Part shown: in pieces, positions 13,165-29,279 of the stretch | Layout of the letters: every line of letters starts with the position of its first letter | Numbering within the stretch: position 1 is the stretch's first letter | Source of the DNA: the human T2T-CHM13v2.0 reference genome, Homo sapiens | NCBI RefSeq assembly: GCF_009914755.1 | Contig: NC_060938.1 | Strand: one strand, 5' to 3' | Length of the DNA: 64,000 nt | Program-made: the position numbers and the translations under genes | Notes under the pieces: model-generated | What the model was told of the DNA's origin: nothing | Seen by the model: only the letters and a program-made list of their open reading frames with translations | Databases searched by the model: none

Positions 13165-14408
13165 GTGAGCGGCAGCCGGGGTGGCTGCGGGCGAGGGGCG
13201 GCCCCCGAGAAGGGCTAGGGGCTCGGGGCGCCGGCGGGCCGTCAGGCCTTCCGGATAGGGACGCGACGCCATGCAGCTGGCTGGGCCGAGAGGGGCGGCA
13301 GGCTGCAGGGGCCCCGCGCCCGTGTTAAGAGGGGTCTGGGGGCCGGTCTGGCCGGCCTGGCTCTCCCGGCTCCCCTCAGACCTCGGCGCCCCGGAAACGC
13401 ACACTTGGGGCTCCGCCGTCTCCGCTGGGAGGACTGGAGCCCTTCTCGAGCATCCCCGCCCGCACCCGAGCATTGACCGGTGCCCATTGTCAGCAAGTTC
13501 TTCGGCCCCCGCCTCATTCAGGTATTGTTTCTGAGGCAGCTTCTTCGTTGCCGTTTGCCTGGCGGTTTGCAGAGCGCTTCTCGCATACGCTCGCTTAATC
13601 CTGGGTGTGTCATAGCAACGATCAGGAAACTTGGGTTTTCGAAGCATCTGTGGGCAAAACTGCATTCCTTGAGAAATGCTAAAGGCTCCTGACCCCGCCG
13701 GAACCTGGGTGAAGAACTTGGGCTGTTCTGGCAGTCTGCGCAATCGTATTTCTGCCTTTTGGGAGGTAACTCCTGCAGAGGCGGAGCCGGCTGTTAAGTT
13801 AAGTCAACCTCGAAAGGCCTGGGTGCGGGTGTTCTATGGCCCAGAAGCCAGATGTCCTTCGTTAGAATCCCGGCACTGACACCTATTAGCCGCCCAGCCA
13901 CTTTGAGCGGCCACTGCCCTCCCCGAGCCCACGTTGCCTCCTTTGCCGAGTGTGAGCGGATTAAAATCTTATGTGCATGGATTTGTTGGGAAGATTAAAT
14001 GATATGAGTAGGGCACGAACCTGAACAGAGTCCTGAAACATACAGCTGTTTAATCACAGTGAATTAAGACGACCAGTTTAAGGAGTGAAATGTTTACTGT
14101 CTCGGCAACTTTCATGAATGCCTTGGAAATACAGCCCAAAATATTGGTAGATGGAGAAACATCTGGTTCCCCTTTCCACAACCACCTTTTCGTTTTAGAA
14201 CCAGGGTACTTTGTATGCAGTTGCTTGGATTGTTGATTTCCCTCATTCTTTGTAGACTCATCTCAAGTATTCTCAGTAACTTAGATTCCCTTGCTCTTCA
14301 TTCAGAAATATTTGTTAAGGTCCATTAAATGAAAGTCACCACAGTTGATCATGTGAACAGTGTCAAGAATCAGGCCGAACCTTCAAGGAGTTTATGTTCT
14401 AAAACGGA

Positions 14409-14600
14409 AGCATGGTGGTACCTGCTTGTGGAGGCTGAGGCGGAAGGATCGCTTGAGCCCAGGACTTTGAGGCTGCATAATTGCATTGACGCTATCCATA
14501 GAGTGCCTGCAATTTCAAATATCAGAAAGGATCGTACGAGCTATGATCATGCCACTGCACTCCAGCCTGAACCACAGAGCAAGACCCTTTCTCTCAATAA
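14409..14600 (+). mobile_element. Alu right-arm monomer (FRAM/AluJ) carrying a 60-nt foreign insertion
   Basis: GAGGCTGAGGCGGAAGGATCGCTTGAGCCCAGG...GGCTGCA[insert]GAGCTATGATCATGCCACTGCACTCCAGCC. Confidence 0.85.
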
Positions 14601-14609
14601 AGTGGAAGT

Positions 14610-15700
<1,091 letters not shown>

Positions 15701-16205
15701 ACATGTTTGTAAATAATAATTCTAATATTTGCCATAAAAGGAATACAAACAAGGTGGTATGAAAAGGCAAAGGTGGGATCTTGCAAGAAATTAGAATAGG
15801 CTTTGGAAGGTTTGAAATAGACTTCTGACAAATAGATACAATTTGGACTTCTTTCAGCAGTTATTAAATAAGTGGTTTCCTTTTTCAATATAGAATTGCA
15901 TTCGGGCTATCCATAGAGTGCCTGCAATTTCAAATATCAGAAAGGAAAATTAAAACGACGGTTTTGCAATAACAAATATGCTCTATTCAGAGTATTGTGT
16001 GTTGCCTTGTAAACTTTATGCTTTCTAGGAGAAATTCAGTATAAATGTTAAGGTTTAGGACCTGTCATTATGATATCTTTGGCTACAGTAGGGTACAAAC
16101 TCATCTCAAATCACAGTGCCATTTTTGTGTTTTGTCAAAGACAAAGTACCTGTCACAAAATGTTAACACCTTGCATTAATTAAGGAAGATGAAAATAATT
16201 ACCCT

Positions 16206-16348
16206 GGCCAGGTGTGGTGACGTGCCCCTGTAATCCCAGCACTTTGGAAGGCCAAGGCCGGAAGGATCACCTGAGACCAGGAGTTTGAAACCAGCCTTGG
16301 TGCCAGAGCAAGACCCTATTTCAAAAAATAATAATAAATTTTAAAAAA
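16206..16348 (+). mobile_element. FLAM monomer
   Basis: Single Alu arm with TSD GAAAATAATTACCC. Confidence 0.82.
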
Positions 16349-17779
16349 GAAAATAATTACCCAACCGAATATTGTCAGCTTATTAAGAATTATGTAAAAG
16401 TTTGAAGTGACAGGTGAGAGGCTGTATGCCAGAGGCTAAATGGGTCATGTCAAAATAATCCTCCTTCAGAGAAATCTGTTAACATGGGAAATGAAAGAAA
16501 AGCCAAGGAGATGTATTTGACCTTTTTTAATGACTTGCACCTGAGGTAACAGGACGACGCTGTCAGGGCTCCACACCTCACGGCTCTTGGAGGAATTGTA
16601 CAACACAGCAGCAGCCAATCCCCCACATAATGTAAAGAGCACCTAACTTGGAGCCACATGGCTTGAGCTTCAGGGTCAGGCTTTCTTCTTGAAAGATAGT
16701 GTTAAATACTTTTAATATAATAGATTATATTTTTTCAGCTGTTTGCCCAGCACAGTTCTAAGCACTTTCCATGTATTCATTCATTTAGTTCTCTCAATAT
16801 CACTTAAAGGTAGATGCTATTTTAACATCATTTTAAAGAGGAGGAATGTGTGACTGAGAAAGATTAAAACATCTTTTTCCAAGTCCCAGAGTAAATTAAG
16901 TGGCCAAGCTAAAATTCTAGCCCCAGTCAGTCTGCTTGAGAGCCTGTTAACCATCACATCTTCCTGGCCCCTTGTTCATATTGAGAGGATTTACCAGGTT
17001 GTAGTGTGTGATACAAATAAAGGTAATCATGATTAAGATATCGTATCCTGCCCTCAGCTGACTGTTAACAATGTCAACTGAAAGGTCAGACTTTCAAAGT
17101 GAAAATTTGCACTCCATATGTTCTTGAAATCTTTCTGGGGCTGTTCTTTTGTCAGACTAAGTATATATGACTGTCTTTGCCCATTTTTTTGTCATCAAGG
17201 ATAAAGCTCTTTGATGCTCTGAACTCGTAATGAAACAAAATAGTCTAATAAATTAGGAAGTAAAGAATAAACGATTTAGTAATCAATGTCATAATAACCA
17301 GTTGGATGAATCCTCCAAAAACACAAACACCCGAACACCGCCCAAAAATTATGGAGAAAGAGCTGGTTCCTAAATAATTTATGTATGATGTTTTAAGGAA
17401 TCATTTATGGAAACTTTACATCAGGTGATACAACCTACCAGAATAAATAATAGCAATTGTCAAGTATTCCAATTTTTGTCTCTTTGCTAGAAACAGAATA
17501 TTGCTCAGGATCTGGTAGAGAACCAATTTGGAGTTTAAATGGAAAGCAGTGAGGTTTTCTATTTTATGTCTCTGTAGATATTGATTTATGTTTGTTAGAA
17601 TGTACTTTAAATATAGTGCCAAGTAATACTTATTTCCTAGAGGATTATATAGAAATAAGAAACTGTAATAACTGGAATTTTTTTTTTTTTTTACATTCCA
17701 TTTTTGAGTGTCTTTTCCTAGAGTCTCATTTACAGTTTCTGGTTTCGAAGGAAAGGTTTACAAGGTTGTATTGCTACTC

Positions 17780-18090
<311 letters not shown>

Positions 18091-18155
18091 TAAAAACTCA
18101 AATTAACCCTGTGTATTTCTTTCTTCTGAGTTCCCTCCTTAATCAACAAAAGCAC

Positions 18156-20467
18156 TGCTGTGGTTTGGATATGGTTTGGCCCCACCAAGCCTCATGTTGA
18201 AATTTGATCCCTGGTGTTAGAGGTGAATCCTGGTGGGAGGTGTTTGGATCATGGGGGTGGATCCCTCATGAATGGCTTTCTCTCTGTATCTCTCTGTATA
18301 TCTGTCTCCCTCCCTCTCCCCTACTCCCTCTTTCTCTCTCACTTCCCCTCCCTCCCTCCTTCCTTCCTTCACCATGTGATCTGCATATCCCAGCTCCCCT
18401 TCTGTCATGAGTGGAAACATCTAAGGCAGAAAATTGGTACTGAGAGTGGGGTGTTGATATAAAGAGACTTGAAAATGCGGAAGCAGCTTTAGAACTGGGT
18501 AATGGGCAGAGGTTGAAAGAGCTTGAAGGGCTCAGAAAACAGGAAGATGAAAGAATGTTTGGAACTTCTTAGAGATTGGTTAAATGGTTGTGACCAAAAT
18601 GCTGATAGAAATATAGACAGTAAAGGCTATGCTGAGGAGAGCTCAGATGGAAATGAGGATCTTATTGGGAATTGGAGCAAACATCACCCTTGTTACACTG
18701 TAGCGAAGAACTTGGCTGCATTGCCTCCATACCCTAGGGCTTTGTGGAAGGCCCAACTTGAGTGATGACCTAGAGTATCTGGTAGAAGAAATGTCTAAGC
18801 AGCAAAGGGTTCAAGAAGTGGCGTGGCTGCTTTTAACAGCTTACAATTAAATATGGGAGGAAAGGAATGACCTAAAGTTGGAATTTAAAAGGAAAGCAGA
18901 GCATAAAAATATGGGAAAATATGCAGCCTGGCCTTGTGTTAAAGAAGGAAAGAGCATTTTCAGGAGAAGAATCCAGTTAGTTCAGATAAAAGGGAGCCAG
19001 GTGCTAATAGCCAAGACAATGGGGAAAAGGCCCTCAAGGTATTTCAGAAATCTCCTAGGCTGTCCCTCTCATCACAAGTCTAGAAGACAAGAATGGTTTC
19101 CACAGTCAAAGCCATGGGCGCAACTGTCCTGTGCCACCTTGGAATGCTGCTCCCTGCATCCTGGTTGCTCCAGCTCCAGTTCTGTTTCAAAGGGCTCCAG
19201 GTACTCAGCTCAGGCTGTAAGCTGTATGTCTTTGCAGCTTCTATGTGTTGTTAGGACTTTGGGGCACAGAATGCAAAAGTGGCAGAGGCTTGGCAGCTTC
19301 CACCTAGATTTTAGATTTTAGATTTTAGATTTTAGAGGATGTATCAGAAGGCCTAGGTGTCACAGAAAGACTCTGCTAGGACATTGCCAAGCAGAAATGT
19401 GGTGTTGGAGCCCCGATGGAGAGTCTCCACTGGGGTATTGCCTAGTAGAACAGGGATGCCATGGGGACCACAGAATTGCACAGCCACTGGCAGTGTGCAC
19501 CCTCATCCTGGAAAAGCCTCAGGCATTTGACTCCAACTCATGAGAGCAGCCACATGAGCTGTACCCAGCAGAGTCATAGGGATGAGACTGCCCAAAGCCT
19601 TGGGAGCCCACCCCTCATACTGCTGTGCCAGGATGCAGGACATGCTAAAAGGAGATTTTGGAACTTGAAGGTTTAATGTCTGCCCTGATGGGCTTTAGAT
19701 TCTCATGGAGTATCTTACCCTTTTCTCTTGGCCAATTTCTCCCTTTGGAAAACAGCATTTATCCAATGACTTTTCCGTCATTGTGTATCTTGGAAGTAAA
19801 TAACTTGGTTTTTTACTTCACAAGCTTATAGCTGCAAGGAACTTGCCTTGAGTCTCATAAGAATTTGGACTTTTGAGTTGGTGCTAGAACAAGTTAAGAC
19901 TTGGGGACTATTGGGATAGAATGGTTGTATTTTGAATGTGAGAAGGACACTAGATTTGAGAAGCGAGGAGTGGAAGGCTATGGTTTGGATATGGTTCGTT
20001 TGGCCCCATCAAGTCTCTTGTCAAAATATGATCCCCACTATTGGAGATGGGACGTGGTGAGAGCTGTTTGGGTCAGGGAGTTGGGGCGGGGTAGGGTTGG
20101 GGGGCCAGTTTGAGGTGGGAGAGGTGTGGATCTCTCATGAATGGCCCGGTGTCTTTCTCCCAGGAATGAGTGAGTTTTCACTCTCAGTTTCTGACAGAAC
20201 TGGTTGTTGAAAAGAGCCTGGATCTCCTGCTCTCTATCTACCTACCTACCTATCTGTCTATCTCCCCCACCTCCACCCTTTCTGACTGTGTGATCTTCAC
20301 ACACTGGCTCCCCTTCCACCACGAGCGGAAGCAGCTGGAGGCCATTGCAAATGCCGGCACTGTGCTTTGTGTACAGCCTGTGGAACGATGAGCCAAATAA
20401 ACCTCTTTTCTTTAGAAATTACCCAGCCTCACATATTTCTTTACAGCAATACATAGAGACTAAGATA
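18156..20467 (+). mobile_element. MST-family MaLR provirus (LTR-internal-LTR)
   Basis: 5' LTR from TGCTGTGGTTTGGATATGG. Internal region starts GAAAATTGGTACTGAGAGTGGGG (~18428). 3' LTR ~19977-20467. 5-bp TSD AGCAC at 18151-18155 and 20468-20472. Confidence 0.9.
19305..19336. repeat. (TAGATTT)4.5 tandem repeat inside MST-int
   Basis: Directly visible in the sequence. Confidence 0.85.
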
Positions 20468-21008
20468 AGCACAATTCTGTTGTCTAGATTTATAATTACA
20501 AGAATATAAATATGTCTGTGTTATTGCTGAAAATGGGGTGCAGAATAATTTTATAAACCAGAGTATAAATGGGAAAATAGCCATTCTTACTTGAATTACA
20601 AATACTTTATATTTGTGATACTACACATGATTCTGAATTAAAATGTTTTATTTCAAAACAAATACATCTGTAAGCTATTGAAAACAGATTAAATGTTATG
20701 TGTTACAGAAAACAAAGGTTAAATTGAGTTTTAGCTTTGCCTAAATTCTAAATCTTGCTGATAATAATTAATAAACTTTATTCATCTTTACTTTCAAAAC
20801 AGTTGTTGGAAATGCAGATAAATTCAGAACTCTTGTTTTATTTGTAACTGATGCTACCAGTTATTTTAAGTGTCTGAATAATAACCTGACTTCTCTAAGA
20901 AAAAGATTTCTGCTTCCTACACCCTATACTTTCCAAAAGACTGCAATTTTTAAATTGTTTTTTCTTATTGAAAACATAATCATTTTCTTTTCACCATAGG
21001 AAAATTAG

Positions 21009-21365
<357 letters not shown>

Positions 21366-22545
21366 TAACAAAGAGCAATAGCATAACTGAAGTGGAAAGA
21401 GTTGCAAAAACTTAGAGAAGGCCTAACTCAGCCCTAACCTTGTATCCTTTTACCAGCTCCTGCCTCTGCTTGTTAACTTTATACTGCCAGACACGGTGCC
21501 TGAAATTTTCATCTTGTTGAATTAAGTCCTTGGGTTAGGGCTATACTTCTAAAACGTATTTTTCATGCCAATATTCCTCACTCGAATGTACCTTTTAGAG
21601 GCAAAGGAAACCCTAGACGCGTAGGGGTATAATCTAAAGAGGATGTGGCTTGAGACATCCAAACATTTGTGTACTTTTTCATTAAAATTCTAGGCAGTTC
21701 TGTAATATTTCCTGATATTGATATAGTAACAGTGATATGTATTTTCCAAGAATATCTGCCATGTTTGTCCTGAGTCTTTGTATACTCCTTGTCACAGAGC
21801 CGAGTATCACACCTGAGAAGCAGAGAGTTAGAATTTTCTCTGTTTTATTCATTCAGGAAATATTCAATGAAGTCCTGCTTTATGCCAGACACTGTGCTGG
21901 TGATGTGTATATCACAGGCTCCCATCTTCATGGGTCTGTAGTAGTACAGACACAAAAATTATTTGCCATGAGGCTTAAGTACAGCAGTACCAAAGCAGAG
22001 ATGCTGTTCAGGAAGATACAGTGATTGGCCATCTTGAGAGCAGATACACAATCCTGAAATAGGTTTGTCTGAGCTGAATTTTAGAGGACTAAAAGTCTTC
22101 AAAGTCGTGTTAAAATAAAATTTTTTAAGTTAAAAACATGGATCTCATAAAACATATGGTGAGCATGTGTCAAAATGCATTTAATTCATTAATGAAACAA
22201 ACAACAAGATGGTAAAAGTTGGTTCAGAGTAGTATAGGTGATCCCTGAGAAGCATCATACAAATATGGTGAGCCTGTTGCCCTATTGTATTGCCTAGAGC
22301 CAGGCATGGCACTGGAAAGAAAAATCCAGGTAAAGCCTGATGGTCTCCCTGAATTGAGGACATAGAGCTGGAAACCCAAGAAGGCCAAGGCAGCTAGGAC
22401 AGAGTACTAGAAAGTAAATAGCTTCACAGAAAGCAAGGACTGTGAGGATATAGGAAGGGTCTCCCTCCAGCCTGTAGCTGAATACTAATTCATGAGTTCA
22501 CTGCCCTAGGCTGGGGAAAGAACTACCAAAAAGAATGAGAGGAGG

Positions 22546-22848
22546 GGCCAGGTGCTGTGGCTCACGCCTGTAATCCCAACACTTGGGAGGCTGAGGTGGG
22601 TGGATCACTTGAGGTCAAGAGTTTGAGACCAGCCTAACCAACATGATGAAACCCCGTCTATACTAAAAATACAAAGATTAGCCAGGCACGATGGTGGCCA
22701 CTTGTAATCCCAGCTACTCAGGAGGCTGAGGCAGGAGAATGGCATGAACCCAGAAGGCCCGGATTGCAGTGAACTGAGATAGCACCACTATACTCCAGCC
22801 TGGGTGACAGAGCGAGACTCTGTCTCAAAAAAAAAAAAAAAAAAAAAA
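22546..22848 (+). mobile_element. AluS
   Basis: Dimeric Alu with A22 tail. Confidence 0.88.
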
Positions 22849-24950
22849 GAAAGGAGGATACTCAGTTTGGGACTTTCTGAAGCAGAGGTGATATGAAAAT
22901 TATACATCTCCTCATTTCTTTGGAGACTAAGTTGCTGGATCTTCATCTTTATTGGATAATATCAAATCATTTTCCAAAGTGTTGTGCCAGTTTACACTCC
23001 CACTCAGTGTCTAAATGTTCTGTGTTCTGCATCCTCAATAATACTTGATTTAGAAAATTTTTTATGCATAGACTCAAAAAGGAAAATGTCTTACTGATCT
23101 GCAAGATGTTAAATGTTACCTCATTTTAATTATTTCTATAATTTCTAACTGTGAGTGTATTTTCATGTGTTTAATAATCATTTCTGTTCTTCCATTAAAA
23201 AAAAAAAAGAATTACAGGAAACAGTTTTCTGAGCTAAAGCAGGACTAGGGATAATTCCCATTCTTATCACACAGAATAGAAACCCTCGTAATTCATAGGG
23301 CATTGGGTAGAGTACTCAGAAAGGTTTTGCCTCTGTAATGGGACAGAATTAACTAGAGATTAAACGCAGATCTTGTCTAAAAGCAAGACCCAGAAAGATC
23401 AAGCTGTTTCCAGATAACTACCTCCCAGGACAATGCTCAACAATATTTATTACTTTTTAAATTTTTTCTCACCATGCGTCTAACCAAATGAATTCAATAA
23501 TATTTAAAATAATATAAAAACATTCAGCACCACATTCACAATGTCTGGCATCCAGTCAGAAAAGACCAGGCATGCAGAGCAGCAGAATATAACCTACAAT
23601 TGAGAAGAAAAATCTGTCCGTTGAGAGTAACCCAGAAATAATACTTGAAATTAGTAGGCAGGACATTATAACACTTATTATGGCTGTATTTTATATGTTC
23701 AAAAAGCTAGAAAAAAGATTGAGCAAATTAAGCAAAGACATGGAAAATATGTTTAAAAGATTAAAAGACACAAATAGAATAGATACTGAAGAAAAGACTA
23801 ACAAACTTGAAGACATATCAATAAACAATTCAAAATGAAACAGTGAAAAAAATAAATACAGCAATGAGGAACAGGACACCTTCACTTGGACTAATATACA
23901 TAAAATTAGAGTCCCCAAAGAGGATAGGGACACATAAATGTTTGAAGAAATAATGGCCAGAAATTTTCCAAATTTGTTGAAAACTCTAAACCTACAGATT
24001 CCAGAATCTCAATGAAACCTAAGGAAAAGAAGCATGAAAAAACTACACCAAGAGGAACAAAGATAACAATCACATCAAATGTTTCATGGGAAACAAGACA
24101 AGCAAGGTGTGATAGTCGAGAAACATCTTTTTAATTTTTTTATTTTAGAGACACAGGCTCTTACTATTTTGCCCAGGCTGGTCATGAACTGAGCTCAAGC
24201 AGTTCTTCCACCTTAGACTCCCAAATAGCCGGGACTGCAGGTGTATGCTACTGCATCCAAGAAACATATTTAAAGACTTGAAAGAAAAAAAAACTGCCAA
24301 CCTAGGATTCTCTACCCAGCAAAAACATCTTTCACAAATGAAGATGAAAAGGAGACTAGTTCAGACATAGGAAAGTTGAAAGGATTCATCAACAGCAGAC
24401 CTACACTACAGGAAATGTTGAAAGAAGTTATTCAGGCAGAAGGAAAATGATACAGATAATACATGTAGATATAGATCAGTACAAATGAAGGAGCACAAAA
24501 AATGGTAATTATATATTACATATAAAAAGACTTATCTAATCTCTCTGAAAAATAATTGACTCTTTAAAGCAAGAATAATAACATTATGATGAAGTTTATA
24601 ATTTATGTAGAAGTAAAATATGTGACAAAAATAGCAAATGCTATATAGTAGTGTTTTGTAAAGTTCATATACATGAAGTAGTATAGTATTAATTGGAGGT
24701 ACATTGTGATAAAGATGTATACTATAAGCTTTAAAGCAACCACCAAAAACACAACAAAAAATATCGTTAATAAGAACCAAAAGATATAAAATAGAATCCT
24801 AAAAAGTGGTTAATTCAAAAGCAAGGAGGAAAATAAGGAAAAGGGAGTAAAGTACAGATGGGACTAAAAGCAAAGAAATAGCAAGACAGCAAATTCACAC
24901 TCAACTATATCAATAATTACAGTAATCAAATGTAAGTGGTCTGAACACCC

Positions 24951-25685
<735 letters not shown>

Positions 25686-27665
25686 CACCCCAATTAAAAG
25701 AGGTTGCCAGATGGATGAAAAAGCAGGACCACACTACATACTGCCAGTAAGAAACCCATATTAAATAAAAAGATATTTGTATTTCCATTCCGAAGACCTT
25801 AAAACAGCCTATTATATCAAAATCAAATTCCTCTCTCTAGGTGTCAGCATGCTGTCAGATTGGGCCATCCCTGCATATCCTTGTATTTTAGCCCGACTAG
25901 TTCCTGCCACACCCTGTGCTGACCTTTGCTTATGCTTTGTTCCCTACACAGAATTTTTCACAACTCTCAAGACCTTTTTGCTTATTTATAACTCTTTATT
26001 CATGCTCATTCCAAACCAATTTTGACTGACCTGTACCCTTAGTCAAGCCCCATCATAACTAACCATTACGTCATAGATTATAGAATGTCAAAGCTCTTAG
26101 AACAGTAAAGAATTTTCTGCCTATTTACCTTATTTTGTAGATGAGACCTCCGTAAGACCAATGAGATTATGTGCCCAACTCAGGTTCATACAAGTTTAGT
26201 GATAAGAGTTTGTAGTAGGACGAAGACATATCATTGTTTTCTGTAATTATCTGCCACTCACAATTAAGTACATTTGGGGAGAATAATTATGATGTGTGTG
26301 TATGGCATTAATATTTGTGCAAATATTTCATGTGCCTGTTTTCTTTCCCAAAGTAGACTGCAAGCTACCAGTAGATATCTTTTATTAGTATTCTAGTGCT
26401 TAAAAAAAAGTCGGCTATGTAGGTACCGAGTGGATTATGATATTTGATTAATAAACTTAGAATCCAAGTAGACAAGATTATAAAACATAGGATAATGATT
26501 CATTAGTTTTTACTATTTGAAACGATGATTGATTCCTTTACATACAGTAATTAAGATTCAATTATATCTCAAGTTCCAAATTTTGCTACTCATATATAAA
26601 GTTTGATTCAGTGCCTTTACATCTGCTGAGATTTTTCAACCTTAGTATAAACTCTGCTTATTATATTATCTGCAAGTTTTCACAGAGGTCTAGACCTGTG
26701 CCATCTGATACAGTGGCCACTAGCTATTTAAATTTAAATGAACCAAAATTAAATAAATTTTTAATTCAATTTCTCCATCACAGTAGCCAAACTTCAGATG
26801 GCTATTAGCTGCTGTATTGGAGGGCAACAATAAAGAACATTTCCATCATCACAGAAAGTTCCATTCATTTAGAATTTCTTATATGATGATAAATTGTTTT
26901 GTGTACAAAAAGGGAAAGCAAAGATTTTTACAGGATTCACATTGATGAGTCAACCATTCTGGTAACCTGATGGCAGTTCTAAAGTGTTGATAGTAATTCT
27001 AGTGGTTGTTCCTTCGCTGAAATGGGCGTGTATTTTCTCATCCTCAATGGTACAGGCTTCTAGTCAGGTACACAGATAATCCATTGAGCAGAAAATATAT
27101 CTATATTCCATCTTTACCTTCTGTTTAAATGTATATTTATATGTCTTAAATATTTTAATTGTGGTAGAATATTTATATAAGTGCTTATAATAAGGTGTCT
27201 GCTCAAAATATTTTTACCTTCTGGGGTACATAATCCAAAGTGTGGAAGCTGCTTCTCAAGTGTCGGTCAACATAGCAACCTAGCTGCTCACTGCTCTGCC
27301 TCTGTAACTCCTGTCATCACCAGCTAACTGACTTCATGGTTTTTGGCTCTTTTCAAACTCCTTGAGAGAGCATCTGATTAGCTAGACCACCATCCGGAAG
27401 TAGTTGGACAAAGCTCTTGACTTGGGACATAAATAAACCCCTTGCCAACCTTGAGATGGTGCCTTTAATTGGAATACCCATCCCCAGTACATGTTGCTAT
27501 GATGATGCTGGAATTAAAATACAAAGCATGAAACCTATGATTCAGAAACCTTTCCAGAGAAGGCAATGGGCTTGGCAAGTACTCTAGGCTTCCTTTTAAG
27601 AGAAGCATGTAAACTGCTTAGCACCTTATGTTGCCCATCAAATGTGTTCACTGAAAATAAATTAT

Positions 27666-27930
27666 GGCCAAGCGCAGTGGCTCACACCTGTAATCCCAGC
27701 ATTGTGGGAGACCAAGGCAGGAGGATTGCTGGATCCCAGGAGTTCAAGACTAGCCTGGGTAAACATAGGAAGACCCTGTCTCTCCAAAAAATAGAATCAC
27801 CCGGGCCTGATGGCACCCACCTGCAGTCCCAACTACTTGGGAGGTTGAGGTGGGAGGATCATTTGAGCCTGAGATTGTGCCACTGCACTATGGCCTAGGT
27901 GACAGCAAGATCCTGCCTCATAAATAAATA
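27666..27930 (+). mobile_element. AluJ (internally deleted)
   Basis: Diverged Alu. Confidence 0.8.
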
Positions 27931-28627
27931 ACTCTCCAAAAAAAAAGGAAGAGCAGAAAAAGAAGTCATTTGAATGTTTTTATTATGTTAAAGATTGAGG
28001 AAGGTACCATAAGCTAAGGAATTCAGATGGCCTCTAGAAGTGAGAAAAGGTAAGGAAACAGATTCCTTCCTGAAGCCTCTAGAAGGAATACAGACCTGCT
28101 GACATCTTGCTTTTAGACTTCTCATCTCCAGAACTGTAAGAGAATAAGTGTGTGCTATTTGAAGCCACTAATTTGGTAATTTATTATAGTAGCAATAGGA
28201 CACTAATTGATATCCAAAGATTTTGGATATTTATCTATAAAGCTTTTATTAAGCACTTTCTACATGGCAGGCACAAAAATATTCATCATGATCACCCGAG
28301 CTCCATTTTCTAAACCTTTTTACCTTCATAGGGCTGTTATAGAGCTAAATCAATCACTGCCTTTCATTATGGGTAGACTCCTAAATCCAATAGAATGCTT
28401 TCTGTTGCCCGTAAGATAATAGGAATTTGTTGGCTCCGATAACTGAAAAGTGCAAATCCTGGGAAACCAGCATGGGCTCTGGCCAGATTTCTCTGTGAAT
28501 CTCTTGGCTCTGTTTTTTTCTGTTGTCAGCATCATGCTTGGGCTAGTGGCCCCATCTCAACATGGCTACTTGGAACAGCTTGAGCTGTGTGCTGTGACTG
28601 AACTAATCTGATTAAAGTGACCAAGAA

Positions 28628-28933
<306 letters not shown>

Positions 28934-29279
28934 TTAGTTTGAAGAGTCTGTATCTGGGGATTGGAGTCAATCTCAGCCAAATTGCTTGGTTACTTTACTT
29001 AGTACGGGAAGGGAGCATTATGGTTGCCCTTGGAAAATATGGGTGGTCATAGGCAGGGAAAAGGATATTGGTAAATAATCAAGAACCTGCTTCAACCAAC
29101 AAAAAACAAGTTGTAATCATACCTTAAAATAATAGCTAAAAATGTTATTTATGTAATGCTCCATTACTTTAATTTATATGTATCATCAAAAGTTCTAAAT
29201 TGTATGTTATTCAAAGACATTTCAGGGAAAGTGTCTTAAAAGTTCAGTCTTAGGAAAGGTGTCTTCCTCTTTTTTGCAG

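Larger units (their letters stand above)
12350..13760. promoter_or_regulatory. CpG island / bidirectional ATG2B-GSKIP promoter
   Basis: Very CpG-rich. GCGGAAGTGACGCCAC at 12995-13010, further CGGAA ETS cores, and a GGGGCGGGGC GC box near 13067. Divergent first exons lie on each side. Confidence 0.92.

Noticed and set aside
12664-13743. 359-aa minus-strand ORF across the bidirectional promoter
   Set aside because: It has a TTG start and low-complexity Pro/Ala/Arg composition, as expected from stop-codon scarcity in a CpG island. No recognisable domain.
18523-19676. ORFs inside the MST internal region
   Set aside because: Fragmented MaLR internal ORF with stops and frameshifts.
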